From: a virus | Length of the DNA: 64,000 nucleotides | Reading direction: 5' to 3' (one strand) | Virus record (IMG/VR): IMGVR_UViG_3300031566_000009 | Span: 1 to 64,000 of that record | In this document: piece after piece, positions 48,463-58,408 of the stretch | Position numbering within the stretch: the first letter of the stretch is position 1 | Layout: the number at the start of each line of letters is the position of its first letter | The notes under the pieces: generated by a model | Seen by the model: the letters and a program-made list of their open reading frames with translations, nothing else | What the model was told of the DNA's origin: nothing | Database searches by the model: none | Position numbers and translations under genes: made by a program

Positions 48463-48867
48463 ATGACCAGAACTAGACAAGTAGAAGGTGGTCCAGCGAC
48501 TGCAGTTGATATTGTAGGTTATGATGTTCCGCCTGCTGGTGCAGCAGGTGATGTTTCTACGCCTGCGGCGAATACCATAGCAGAGATAGCATATCCAAGG
48601 CCAGGAATATATTCTTATCACGCTATCAGTGGCGTGGCTTGGTCTTATGATGGGCAAATTGCTGGTGGAAATCTCCAAATAGTCGATGAATATTTGGGGG
48701 TTACTTTTGATATAGACATCATCAATTCTGGACTTGGATTAATTACTTTCCCTGTGCCTAAGAGGAGTTCATTGAATGCGACGATGACCATCCTCTTGGC
48801 AGCGGGAGGTGCTGGAGTAAACGGTAAATTGAACGTTCTTACCCATTGGATAGAGAGTATAAAATAA
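48463..48867 (+). CDS. Hypothetical beta-rich protein, possibly structural
   Basis: AAGGAG RBS; lies between terL and portal. Confidence 0.7.
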   Translation: MTRTRQVEGGPATAVDIVGYDVPPAGAAGDVSTPAANTIAEIAYPRPGIYSYHAISGVAWSYDGQIAGGNLQIVDEYLGVTFDIDIINSGLGLITFPVPKRSSLNATMTILLAAGGAGVNGKLNVLTHWIESIK

Positions 48868-48868
48868 T

Positions 48869-49720
48869 ATGCGAAAAGCTACCCTCGTACTGAGTGACCT
48901 GCACTTTGGCGACGCGGGGCAATTTTATCGGTCTTTGATGGAATGTATGGACAGGGCTATAATAGAAATCAATAACTTCAAACCAGACGTAACTCAAATA
49001 GCACTCAATGGCGATGCAGCAGCGGGAAGGGGGATCTTTCGATTACAAGAGGCACAGAACATCGTTCAGTTGGGTCCAGAGCAGATTTATTGGGCAGGCT
49101 GGGAAATCAGACAGTGGGATAGACGACTTGACAATAAAGCAGAATGGTATATAATACTTGGTAATCACGATCACTCTAACAGGGAAAACTTGGCTAGGCA
49201 GTTAGTTTTATTCTTACGCTTATTAGGTATCAATGCTAGATATGTAGATAGAGAATTCATTGGATATTTTGGAGATAAAGAATCCGCTTTTCATATAGCG
49301 CACGGCTTTGGATATAGTAGTTATTATGCTAATTCGTATTCTGAAATCAGGGCTGCCTGGAAAAAGTTTATTGAAATAGCACAGATTGATGGAATTCACA
49401 TAGATCGTTTCATCAGAGCGCACGTACACAAACTTAATGTTGGTCAAGAGATTGGCCTCAATTGCCAAATTGATACGTCGGGAGGCTGGCACAAACAAGA
49501 ACGCCTTTCCCTGGAATTCTCCGTGCAGACCACGGGAGTCCTACTATATCTACATAATGCAGGTGCGCAACCACCACTGACTATCAAAGCAATTGAGGCC
49601 AATCAAGACTTGCTTTTATCGGAGAATAAAAATATTGCGTTGCACTATCGAAATATGGAAGCCGCTGGAAGAGCGTTAAGCGACGTTGCGGCTTGGGGAA
49701 GAGTCGAAGGCATTTGGTAA
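48869..49720 (+). CDS. Calcineurin-like metallophosphoesterase
   Basis: SDLH, NGD, GNHD, HG and AHVH motifs. Confidence 0.85.
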   Translation: MRKATLVLSDLHFGDAGQFYRSLMECMDRAIIEINNFKPDVTQIALNGDAAAGRGIFRLQEAQNIVQLGPEQIYWAGWEIRQWDRRLDNKAEWYIILGNHDHSNRENLARQLVLFLRLLGINARYVDREFIGYFGDKESAFHIAHGFGYSSYYANSYSEIRAAWKKFIEIAQIDGIHIDRFIRAHVHKLNVGQEIGLNCQIDTSGGWHKQERLSLEFSVQTTGVLLYLHNAGAQPPLTIKAIEANQDLLLSENKNIALHYRNMEAAGRALSDVAAWGRVEGIW

Positions 49721-49893
49721 AATGGGGAAGGATAGAGAATTGGAAATCGGGCGAAATGACATGGATTTGCTCGAACCAAGACGACTGAGATTTACGGATA
49801 AACGAATAATTAACCAGAGAACTAGAAGGAAGTGGAGAGAAGCACTAAGGAACTCACATCGCGTTAGATATATGGAAAACTGGTGGACAGATT

Positions 49894-52368
49894 ATGACTG
49901 ATAATCCAAAGGAACAGGCTATCCTATCGATTCAGGATAGGGCGGATTTAAAGATAGAAGAGGAGTCTCCACTTATTTTTTATCTCGCCCAACTTGCCGA
50001 CGAGATTCCTATAAAACGTGGACTTTCTCGTGATAAGGCGTTGGACAAATTTTGGCCCACCGAATCTGTGCTTGCGGGCGCAATTTATTCTATGTGCGCC
50101 AAAGTCGCCGCACTCGATTTTAGGCTCAAGGGTCGCACCAAAGCCGTTGCTAGATATGCCAACGTCTTCCAAGCCGCTGACTTTGGCGCAGGTTGGGTAA
50201 ATTTTATTCAACGGGTCGTTCAAGACATTTTGTGCCTAGCAGCCACGACGAGAGTTCAATTAGGTGGGGATCGCCGAGGCCAGACGAAGGAGATTCGTGA
50301 CATCGTTAAGGACCGAGATCCTGGCCCCGTGTTGTCTGTAGATATTGATGGCAACCTCATAGAGCGTCATGTTGTGGAGTGGCACAAGACTCCCTTGGGG
50401 CCTCGTAGGTGGTGGTGGATCTCCTTAAAAGAAGCGTCTGGGCACAGTCGGGAAAAAGCTGGTGGGATATTCATGACGGAGGACCACCCCGTACTTACTA
50501 GCGATGGTTGGAAGCTGGCAAGAGACATTGAGTTGGGAGATCGAGTAGCCACAGGCGATCCCGTCCCTAACCAGAAGCAGGCTGAACTACTAGCTGGCAG
50601 TCTACTGGGGGATCTTTGCATTCAGCCTATTAGGAAGCGAGCTACGCTGCGTCTTTGCCACAGTGTTGCGCAAGAGGCGTGGTTGGACTTGAAACTGAGT
50701 GCCTTAGCTGGATTTGGATGGACGGGACGGGCTACTTATACCAGTTCCTATCAAGGGTACTCTAGTGAGAGTGTCCAGGTAGCATCTCTGGGATCGCTGG
50801 AACTGGAAAGATGGCGACAGCTTTGGTATCCACAGGGGAAGAAGGTAGTACCTCGTGCTCTCGTTGAGAGCCTCTTTTCTCCAAGGCTTCTAGCCGCATG
50901 GTATTGCGACGACGGGAGCCTCTGTGGACCTAGACACAGAACTACTGGTGAAAGCATCGCGCCTCACGCTGTGCTGTATACCTGCGGTTTCTTGGAGGAT
51001 GATGTTCGGTGGCTTGTGGATTTACTGAACTGTAAGGGATATTCCTGCCGACTGCGTTTTCAGCCTTATAGAGGTTCAGACGACGAAAGGGATGACTATC
51101 CTATAATTTACATTACACCAAAGGGGTTGCAGCGCCTCGTGGCCGATATAGGCTCCTACGTACCTCCAGAGCTACGGTACAAGCTCCCCAAGGGCGCTCC
51201 AGAATACGACGCCAGCCTGTGGGAGCTTGGAAGAGCTACGGTATATTATGACACCGTTGTAGCCTCTATGGAAAGGGACTACAAGGCTGGTTACAAAAAG
51301 GCTAAGACGACTTTTCATATTGGCGTAGAGGAGACAGGAAATTTCGTAGCGGCCAACGTGGTTGTACACAATACTCAGGACAATGGAGCTTTCGTTGAAC
51401 TTCTCCGTCCAAAAGGCGCATCTCCACAATCACCTGTGCGTGGGATAGCTCATTTAGATTCACAGAGAATTCAACGAACGGGAAATCCCGAAATACCTTA
51501 CTTATATTATTCAAATAAAGATAGTGCTTGGCATCGTCTTCGATGGTATCAAGTCCTTGCCCTTACCGACCAACCCAGTCCGAGAGAGGAAGACAAGGGA
51601 CGTGGTTATTGCGCCGTAAGTCGTGTCTTGGAGTTTGCAAAACTACTCAGGGCTGTGCAGACCTATCAGTCGCAGAAATTGAGTGGACAGAGAATACCTG
51701 CACTTCTCTTCGTTCAAGGAATGCGCAGTAACGCCATTGCCGATGCCATCGAGAAGGCTAGAGAAGAGACGAGAGCTTCAGGAAGAAGTCTTTACATAAC
51801 TCCTATTGTCATTTCTTCCCACGACTCACAAAGGCCCTTGCGGGTACAATTAGTCGAATTAGCAGGTCTTCCAGATGGCTTCAAATATGACGAATTGATG
51901 AAGTGGTACATCGGCGTTCTAGCCCTTGGAATGGGCACTGACTATATTGAATTCTTTCCTATGCCTGGAGGCAACCTTGGATCTGCCCAGCAAACTACAG
52001 AGATGTCTTCGCGGTCTCGTGGAAAAGGACCAGGACTTATCCTTCAGCAATTTGAATTTGGCTTTAATTGGTATGTTCTTCCCTCCACTGTGGAGTTTCA
52101 GTTCGCCAGCACAGATCCTACGGCAGAGCGTGAACGAGTGGAACTCGGCGTCTGGCGTGCTCGAAGACGCGGTGAAATGGTAAAGTCTGGTGAAATTACT
52201 GGAGAGCAAGCATTGCGTATCGCCATCCAAGAAGGGGATGCACCAGAAGATTTCATATCAGGCGGTGAAGAAGCTGCTGAAGACCGTGTGGATATGCTCG
52301 TAAAGAGTTTGCAAGATATAAAAAACGCGTATAATAAAGTGGAAAGAATATTAGGCCGTTTAAGATGA
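49894..52368 (+). CDS. Portal protein interrupted by an intein
   Basis: Position between terL and the head genes; extein reads DIL|TQDNGAFVEL...HLDS; about 444 aa after splicing. Confidence 0.8.
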   Translation: MTDNPKEQAILSIQDRADLKIEEESPLIFYLAQLADEIPIKRGLSRDKALDKFWPTESVLAGAIYSMCAKVAALDFRLKGRTKAVARYANVFQAADFGAGWVNFIQRVVQDILCLAATTRVQLGGDRRGQTKEIRDIVKDRDPGPVLSVDIDGNLIERHVVEWHKTPLGPRRWWWISLKEASGHSREKAGGIFMTEDHPVLTSDGWKLARDIELGDRVATGDPVPNQKQAELLAGSLLGDLCIQPIRKRATLRLCHSVAQEAWLDLKLSALAGFGWTGRATYTSSYQGYSSESVQVASLGSLELERWRQLWYPQGKKVVPRALVESLFSPRLLAAWYCDDGSLCGPRHRTTGESIAPHAVLYTCGFLEDDVRWLVDLLNCKGYSCRLRFQPYRGSDDERDDYPIIYITPKGLQRLVADIGSYVPPELRYKLPKGAPEYDASLWELGRATVYYDTVVASMERDYKAGYKKAKTTFHIGVEETGNFVAANVVVHNTQDNGAFVELLRPKGASPQSPVRGIAHLDSQRIQRTGNPEIPYLYYSNKDSAWHRLRWYQVLALTDQPSPREEDKGRGYCAVSRVLEFAKLLRAVQTYQSQKLSGQRIPALLFVQGMRSNAIADAIEKAREETRASGRSLYITPIVISSHDSQRPLRVQLVELAGLPDGFKYDELMKWYIGVLALGMGTDYIEFFPMPGGNLGSAQQTTEMSSRSRGKGPGLILQQFEFGFNWYVLPSTVEFQFASTDPTAERERVELGVWRARRRGEMVKSGEITGEQALRIAIQEGDAPEDFISGGEEAAEDRVDMLVKSLQDIKNAYNKVERILGRLR
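50233..51372 (+). mobile_element. Intein with LAGLIDADG homing endonuclease (380 aa)
   Basis: Starts CLAATT, block B TEDHPVLT, LAGSLLGD and LAAWYCDDGS, ends NFVAANVVVHN with +1 Thr. Confidence 0.93.
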
Positions 52369-52919
52369 TTAGTTTCAAGGCTATCGTTCCTAAGCAATTT
52401 GATACTACTAAATTAGCTGCTTCGCTAAAAAAGACTCTTAAGGATTTGGCGAAGCGAGCATTAGATGATTTCAAGTTAACTACTGAGAACTGGGTTGAAC
52501 CAGTTGACTTCAAGATAGATGGCCCAAAGAAGCGTGGAGATGATTGGGTTATATCTGTAGGGACGGATAATGTGATTTGGCACTGGGTAGATGCAGGAAC
52601 TAAAGAGCATACCTATGGTGCTCGATCATCTAAAGATGGCTTGTTACACTTTCAACCTACCAAGCAGGCTAGAACCAGTCCTGGAAGTTTAGTCTCTGGT
52701 CCAATAATGAGAGAACCATATTGGGTTGTGGCGCGTGAGGTAACTCATCCAGGGATTACAGCCAGAAACTTTAGTGGAACCATTCAAGCAAATCTTGAAA
52801 AAGTTGCGCCACAGATGTTCACAGTGGCTTTGAATAAATTCACAAAACAACTTGAAATTGCTGGTCGTCCAGCAAAACCACCAGAGTCAGCTTGTTTCAG
52901 ACCAGGCCACGGGTGTTAG
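52365..52919 (+). CDS. Putative head/neck morphogenesis protein
   Basis: WVDAGTK.H and V.HPG..AR.F motifs typical of HK97 gp10-like proteins. Confidence 0.55.
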   Translation: MISFKAIVPKQFDTTKLAASLKKTLKDLAKRALDDFKLTTENWVEPVDFKIDGPKKRGDDWVISVGTDNVIWHWVDAGTKEHTYGARSSKDGLLHFQPTKQARTSPGSLVSGPIMREPYWVVAREVTHPGITARNFSGTIQANLEKVAPQMFTVALNKFTKQLEIAGRPAKPPESACFRPGHGC

Positions 52920-52929
52920 GAGGTTTATC

Positions 52930-53088
52930 ATGCCTTACGAAATAAGAAAAACTGGACCCAAAAGTAAGCAATGGTGTGTTTTCAACAAGGTCACTGGAGC
53001 AAAGAAGGGTTGCTCAGTGACAGAAGAGATGGCCAAGAAGTTCATGGCCAAGCTGTATGTCGAGGAGGGCAAGAAGAATGGCAAATAA
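52930..53088 (+). CDS. Small basic hypothetical protein
   Basis: AGGAGG RBS, MPYEIRK... Confidence 0.6.
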   Translation: MPYEIRKTGPKSKQWCVFNKVTGAKKGCSVTEEMAKKFMAKLYVEEGKKNGK

Positions 53089-54445
53089 GACATTTGCAAT
53101 ACAAAAAGCTACAGCAAAACATCTAATCATTGAAGATGTTGAAGGAATGCAATACAGAGCACCCTATTCTATCACTGAAGATGGTGAGTTCTCTATTACT
53201 AAGAAAGAGGAGTGGCTCGAACTCAAAGATGTTGGTTTAGGTAATCAAGCGAGACGAATCGCAAAAGCCTTCCAAAAGAATTTTGGGGGCAGCGGATATT
53301 TTGGAGATTCCTATTGGGTAACTGAGGTCTTTGAGGGCTATCTAATCGTGGAAGATTATTCAGACTACGCACTCTATAAGGTCACTTATACCGAAAGTGG
53401 TGATGGCTACGAATTCGCTGAAAAAGATGCTTGGGTAAAGGTCGAGGTGGAGTATGTTGAAAAAGAAGCTCCACCTATGGAAAAGAAAGAAGAAGCACAG
53501 GGTCTCGTCGATAAAGTAAAGCAACTTTGGGAGAAGGTCTTCCCTTCAGAGCCAATACCACTCTTCATCACAAAGCAACAGGAGGATGGTAGATTTAGAT
53601 GGGTGACGATTTCTTCGACCGCTTTCTTGGACGGTGAGGAAGAGATCGTATCTACTAAGGCGTTGGCCGATAATCAACCACTAGCCGAAAAAGACTATGG
53701 AGAACTTCGTTTCTGGCACGTACCGCCAATCAAACTTGGAAATTGTGATTTCCAAATGCCTGATGGCGTTTGCTTAGTAGAGTCTGGCCTATGGGATGAT
53801 AGTGAAGTCGCCAATCCTATTCGAAAGGCCATCGATGAGAATCCGAAGGATTGGAAAGTGAGTATAGGATTCGTTCCTTTGCAAGAAGCATCAAAGAATG
53901 TGCTTATCAAGAGCACAACGGTTAAGAAAGTATGGGATGCCATACAAATCAAAGAGCGGTCTGTGTTACCGAAGAAATATGCAGCCAACAAATTCGCTTG
54001 TATAGTAACTGAAGGAGGTACTATCGTGGATAAGAAGAAGGAAAAAGTTCTTCAAGAACTTTTGGGCATTGATCTCGCTACTCAGGTGATCAGCAACGTA
54101 GATGAACTCAATAAAAAGGCTTTGGAAGACGACGCTGTGGTAAAGGGACAGGAGGAACCTACCCCCGAACCTGTAGTTGCGCCAGCACCTGCGCCAGAGG
54201 AAGTGATCACCAAAGAGGATTTAGTAGCAATTCTAAAGGAGATTCAATCTTTGCCCGATAAGTTCAAGAAGCTCGAAGAGGATTTGCAAAAACTGAAGGA
54301 TGACGTGGCTCCAAAGGCGACGGTTTTGAGGGCCTCTGATGATGTAGGTACTTCTGTATCTGCTGCTGAGGCTGAGAAGCTGGTAGGCCCAACGGAGCTT
54401 AAGGCTATCGAAGAAATCGTCGATACCATGCTTGGAAATATTTAG
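53078..54445 (+). CDS. Prohead protease/scaffold protein
   Basis: D...EIV, FWH, SIGF and ERSVLP..AAN (HK97-type protease pattern); acidic coiled C-terminus; directly before the capsid gene. Confidence 0.75.
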   Translation: MANKTFAIQKATAKHLIIEDVEGMQYRAPYSITEDGEFSITKKEEWLELKDVGLGNQARRIAKAFQKNFGGSGYFGDSYWVTEVFEGYLIVEDYSDYALYKVTYTESGDGYEFAEKDAWVKVEVEYVEKEAPPMEKKEEAQGLVDKVKQLWEKVFPSEPIPLFITKQQEDGRFRWVTISSTAFLDGEEEIVSTKALADNQPLAEKDYGELRFWHVPPIKLGNCDFQMPDGVCLVESGLWDDSEVANPIRKAIDENPKDWKVSIGFVPLQEASKNVLIKSTTVKKVWDAIQIKERSVLPKKYAANKFACIVTEGGTIVDKKKEKVLQELLGIDLATQVISNVDELNKKALEDDAVVKGQEEPTPEPVVAPAPAPEEVITKEDLVAILKEIQSLPDKFKKLEEDLQKLKDDVAPKATVLRASDDVGTSVSAAEAEKLVGPTELKAIEEIVDTMLGNI

Positions 54446-54457
54446 GAGGTTTATAAA

Positions 54458-55906
54458 ATGGACATTGATTATAGGAAACTTGCGCAGGCTCTTCTCTCTG
54501 AGAAGACGCTAGAGACCAAGAATATTACTGGAACACCTAATGCACAACCGATTTATGCTCCTGGTGGAATTTTCAGTGCTCTTGGTTTGGAGGATACCGT
54601 CGTAAATGCTGCAACGACTCCTCGTGGCATTGCTTCGATACTTCCCGCATTCGGCACAACTTTTCGTAATCCGATTTATCCTTTCATCACTGGTTTCGAT
54701 CCTGATGGAAGCGCAGAGCCAGTGGGTGTCTGCGAGGACTGCCCTGGTGGAATCATCGAGGTATGTCATCAGACGGCCCAATTTGGTAGAATCTGCCGTG
54801 AAAGTCAGGAGATGGAAATCAATGAACTGATCCGAAAGGTGAATCGAGGAGAAACCACCGATCTTCGTGTACTTGGTGACGTGCTTGGACCCGCCCCGAT
54901 GATGCCACAAGACGTGACGAGCGTTCGTGACTGGTTGAACTTGGTCACAAAGGCTCAGATGGTCATCGTTGGCACGCAACTGCAATCCGCGTTTTATCCT
55001 ATGGTCTGGCAAGGAAACCCCGTGAATAATACCGCTGGTGGTGGGTATATGGAATTCCCTGGATTCGATATTCTCATTTCTCAACCAAAGGTAGACCTGT
55101 TCACTAACGTTCGCTGCCAAGCCATAGAGCCAGACATCAAAGACTTCAACTATGATAACGTCTGCGGAACGGCGGCTGGTGATAGGGACATCGTACAGTA
55201 TATCTCCTACCTGGACATCTATCTGCGCCACGTAGCAGATCGTGCTGGACTTGCCCCTGTGGATTGGGTTATCGCTATGCGACCAGAACTGTGGATCGAA
55301 CTTACAGCTTGCTGGCCGTGCCGGTATCTGACCAATCGTTGTCAGACTAGCGTAATGCCTGGTCAGGTCAACCCGACTTTGGTGATCAATGATGAAGGAA
55401 ATGTCCGAATGCGCGACGAAATGCGTAATGGGATGTTCCTCTGGGTCAATGGTCGCAAAGTCCCCGTGGTGACGGATGACGGTATTTTTGAGGCTAATGT
55501 AGTCAACAATGCTAATCTGCAACCAGGCGAGTTCGCCTCTGATATTTACTACATCCCTCTCCGCGCACGCGGAATGCGAGTGTCTTACTTTGAGTTTATG
55601 GACTATACACTTACTGCTCCAGAACTCGAAGTGCTCAAGAACAAGCACAGATACTGGGTGACGGACGGAGGCAGGTACATGTGGACGATGGAGGATCAGA
55701 GTTACTGCTTTTTGTTCCGCGCAAAGATCGAGCCTCGGCTTATCTTGCGGACTCCGCATCTGTCTGGCCGAATCGAGAATGTATCTTACGAGCCTCTGCA
55801 GCACTTGAGAGATTGGAATCCTGACAGTCCTTATAGGTTGAAGGGTGGCATCGATGAAATGCCGCTGATCGACGAGAACTGGTACAAAGGCTGGGAAACT
55901 AGATAG
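54458..55906 (+). CDS. Major capsid protein
   Basis: 482 aa after the protease/scaffold, strong AGGAGG RBS, followed by a hairpin; EF.GFD and G..VPVV.D patterns. Confidence 0.8.
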   Translation: MDIDYRKLAQALLSEKTLETKNITGTPNAQPIYAPGGIFSALGLEDTVVNAATTPRGIASILPAFGTTFRNPIYPFITGFDPDGSAEPVGVCEDCPGGIIEVCHQTAQFGRICRESQEMEINELIRKVNRGETTDLRVLGDVLGPAPMMPQDVTSVRDWLNLVTKAQMVIVGTQLQSAFYPMVWQGNPVNNTAGGGYMEFPGFDILISQPKVDLFTNVRCQAIEPDIKDFNYDNVCGTAAGDRDIVQYISYLDIYLRHVADRAGLAPVDWVIAMRPELWIELTACWPCRYLTNRCQTSVMPGQVNPTLVINDEGNVRMRDEMRNGMFLWVNGRKVPVVTDDGIFEANVVNNANLQPGEFASDIYYIPLRARGMRVSYFEFMDYTLTAPELEVLKNKHRYWVTDGGRYMWTMEDQSYCFLFRAKIEPRLILRTPHLSGRIENVSYEPLQHLRDWNPDSPYRLKGGIDEMPLIDENWYKGWETR

Positions 55907-55919
55907 TAATAAGTAGAAA

Positions 55920-55949
55920 AATGGGTCGAGGGTAAAATCTCGACCCATT
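55920..55949. terminator. 11-bp perfect hairpin after the capsid gene
   Basis: AATGGGTCGAG-GGTAAAAT-CTCGACCCATT; U-tract present only on the minus strand. Confidence 0.6.
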
Positions 55950-55959
55950 CAAAGAAGGA

Positions 55960-56673
55960 ATGTTTATGAGTTTCACTTGGCCTGATGTGGCGGTGCAAAT
56001 AATCACCTACGAACGACCAGGTGAGATTCGTCGCGTCATAGTGGCATTAACTAAATACTTACAGTACGATGGGAAACTTGTATGGTACTTAGCCGATGAT
56101 GGCAGTAAGGGCAATTATGTGCTAGAGATCCAGCGAGATTTTCCTAAAATAAATTTTAGAGTGTCTGTTACGAAGAGGCTTGGATGGGGAGCAAATGTCA
56201 CGAGATGTATGCAAATGATCGGCGAGAAGTATATTTTACTATGCGAGGATGATTATGTCGCCTTACAGCAGCTTGACATAAATAAAGGTGTTGCCCTTCT
56301 CAATTCCACAGCGAATATTGGACTGGTGCGATATGACGGTTTGGCTGGACATAGACTAAATCTGGCAATCGAGGAAGTTAGTACTCCTCTGGGTGTCTTG
56401 CAATATCTGGAAATCCTAAAGAGCAGTCGCGGCCTCAATGTTTATAGCAATCGTCCTCATTTGAAGCACAAAAAATTTCATCGCGCTTATGGGGAGTATC
56501 CAATGAATAAGTCTCTTGGTGAGACAGAGAGTGCCTTCGCACACAGGGTGAAAGATGCGCTTGAGAAGGGGCCGAAGATCATTACCCTCGAAAACGGAAT
56601 TGTCCGTGCATTCAATCATATCGGCAAGTCTAGGCAAGGTACAGAATTCGATCAACTGAAAACAAAAGGATAA
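55960..56673 (+). CDS. Glycosyltransferase family 2 (GT-A)
   Basis: IITYERP, ADDGS and LCEDD. Confidence 0.85.
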   Translation: MFMSFTWPDVAVQIITYERPGEIRRVIVALTKYLQYDGKLVWYLADDGSKGNYVLEIQRDFPKINFRVSVTKRLGWGANVTRCMQMIGEKYILLCEDDYVALQQLDINKGVALLNSTANIGLVRYDGLAGHRLNLAIEEVSTPLGVLQYLEILKSSRGLNVYSNRPHLKHKKFHRAYGEYPMNKSLGETESAFAHRVKDALEKGPKIITLENGIVRAFNHIGKSRQGTEFDQLKTKG

Positions 56674-56675
56674 GA

Positions 56676-57242
56676 ATGGGCAAACTTATCGATGAGATGG
56701 GAAATCGCTATGGTCGATTGGTCATTATTGAAAGGAGTGGAAATAATAAATTTAACTGTGCTGAATGGCTTTGCAGATGCGACTGTGGCAATGAAAAAGT
56801 CATCGCTGGAGTGAATTTACGTAGAGGTAGAACAAAAAGTTGTGGCTGTTTTCAGAAAGAAAGACAGCGCGAGGCGCACAGGCTATCCATTGGGGAAGCA
56901 TCTTTTAATGCTCTGGTTGGAAAGATGAAATTTCGTGCGGATAAACGTAATTTCGAATGGTCTTTGACAGTAGATCAAGTACGCACCCTTTTTGAACAAA
57001 GTTGCTATTATTGTGGGATTAAACCACAACAAAAGATATTTATGAGGAGTTGTTATGGTTCTTATAATTATAATGGCCTAGACCGCGTAGATAGTTCCAA
57101 AGGTTACAGCATCGAAAATGTCGTGCCTTGCTGTGGAATTTGTAATGTAGCAAAAAATTCTATGACTGTCGACCAATTTCGAGAATGGACTACGCGGCTC
57201 TATAAACATCTCATCGAAAAATCAGATGGAGTCGCTGAATGA
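56676..57242 (+). CDS. HNH homing endonuclease
   Basis: GNRYGRL..WLCRCDCG...SCGC, CYYCG, GLDRVDSSKGY..ENVVPCC..CN..K. Confidence 0.88.
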   Translation: MGKLIDEMGNRYGRLVIIERSGNNKFNCAEWLCRCDCGNEKVIAGVNLRRGRTKSCGCFQKERQREAHRLSIGEASFNALVGKMKFRADKRNFEWSLTVDQVRTLFEQSCYYCGIKPQQKIFMRSCYGSYNYNGLDRVDSSKGYSIENVVPCCGICNVAKNSMTVDQFREWTTRLYKHLIEKSDGVAE

Positions 57243-58408
57243 TCCAAGTTTTCAAGCCTTCTCTTGGTGAAGAAGAACTCGATGCTCTACGAGAAATCTT
57301 TGCTACTGGTTGGATAGGTTTAGGACCGAAGACAGCGGAATTTGAAGAAAAGTTCGCTGAATACGTTGGAGCAAAGTATGCCATTGCCACTAATAGTGCT
57401 ACGGCAGCTCTTCACTTGTGTTGCATAGCATTGGATCTCGATGAGTGGGATGTGGTGATGATTCCTACGATGACTTTCGTTTCCACAGCTCATGCTCCTA
57501 CTTATTGCGGAGCATTTCCCCTATTCGTGGACATCGAAACAGATACCCTGAATATCCAAATTAAAGATCTCGCTCATCGATTAAGAATAGCAGCTAAATT
57601 AGGTCATCCTAGAATAAAGGCTATAATCCCCGTGCATTATGGAGGCCACGCTTGTCAGATGGATGCTATCTGGAATATCGCAGACAAATATGGTCTTCGC
57701 GTTATAGAAGACGCTGCACACGCCTGTGGCAGTGAGTACAAGGGTCAGAAAATCGGCGGTTTAGAGCGTAGCTGGGCTACTTGTTTCAGTTTCCACGCCG
57801 TTAAAAATCTCCCCTGCGGAGATGGAGGAATGATTACTACCAATCACCTTGAATTGGTTGAGAGGCTTCGGCGTCTTCGTTGGTGCGGCATAGATAAGAG
57901 CACTTGGGATCGCACAGAAGAGGCTGAATATAAAAAGTATTCTTGGTACTATGAAGTGAACGAATTGGGTTATAAATATCACATGAATGACATCGCAGCA
58001 GTCATTGGTTTATGTCAACTAGAAAAATTGGATAAAGGCAATGCCAGGCGTCGTGATATCGCAAACGCCTACACTGCAGCTTTTCAAGAAAAGGCTCCTT
58101 GGATAGAAACCCCTGTGGAAAAATCTTACGCAAAAAGCTCTTGGCATAATTACGTGATAAAGACTTCCTCTAGGGATGCTTTGAATGCCTTCCTTAAGGA
58201 AAAGGGAATTGCCACAGGGGTGCATTATTATCCGATTCATCTGCAACCTTACTACCGTCGAAAGTTGGGTTCTGTGGTTTTGCCTGTCGCAGAACGTGTG
58301 TGGCCGAAGTTGTTGACCTTGCCTATGTATCCTAGTCTTACAGACGAGGAAATCTCTTACATTATATACTCTATCCTAGAGTTTGGAAGGGCAAATGTTA
58401 GCTGGTAA
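57239..58408 (+). CDS. DegT/DnrJ/EryC1/StrS sugar aminotransferase
   Basis: SATAALHL, PVHYGG, IEDAAHA, FSFHAVKNL..GDGG and LGYKY.M. Confidence 0.95.
   Translation: MIQVFKPSLGEEELDALREIFATGWIGLGPKTAEFEEKFAEYVGAKYAIATNSATAALHLCCIALDLDEWDVVMIPTMTFVSTAHAPTYCGAFPLFVDIETDTLNIQIKDLAHRLRIAAKLGHPRIKAIIPVHYGGHACQMDAIWNIADKYGLRVIEDAAHACGSEYKGQKIGGLERSWATCFSFHAVKNLPCGDGGMITTNHLELVERLRRLRWCGIDKSTWDRTEEAEYKKYSWYYEVNELGYKYHMNDIAAVIGLCQLEKLDKGNARRRDIANAYTAAFQEKAPWIETPVEKSYAKSSWHNYVIKTSSRDALNAFLKEKGIATGVHYYPIHLQPYYRRKLGSVVLPVAERVWPKLLTLPMYPSLTDEEISYIIYSILEFGRANVSW

Noticed and set aside
54509-55948. 479-aa antisense ORF spanning the capsid gene
   Set aside because: Mirror of a codon-biased gene; no RBS, no recognisable motifs, start lies inside the hairpin
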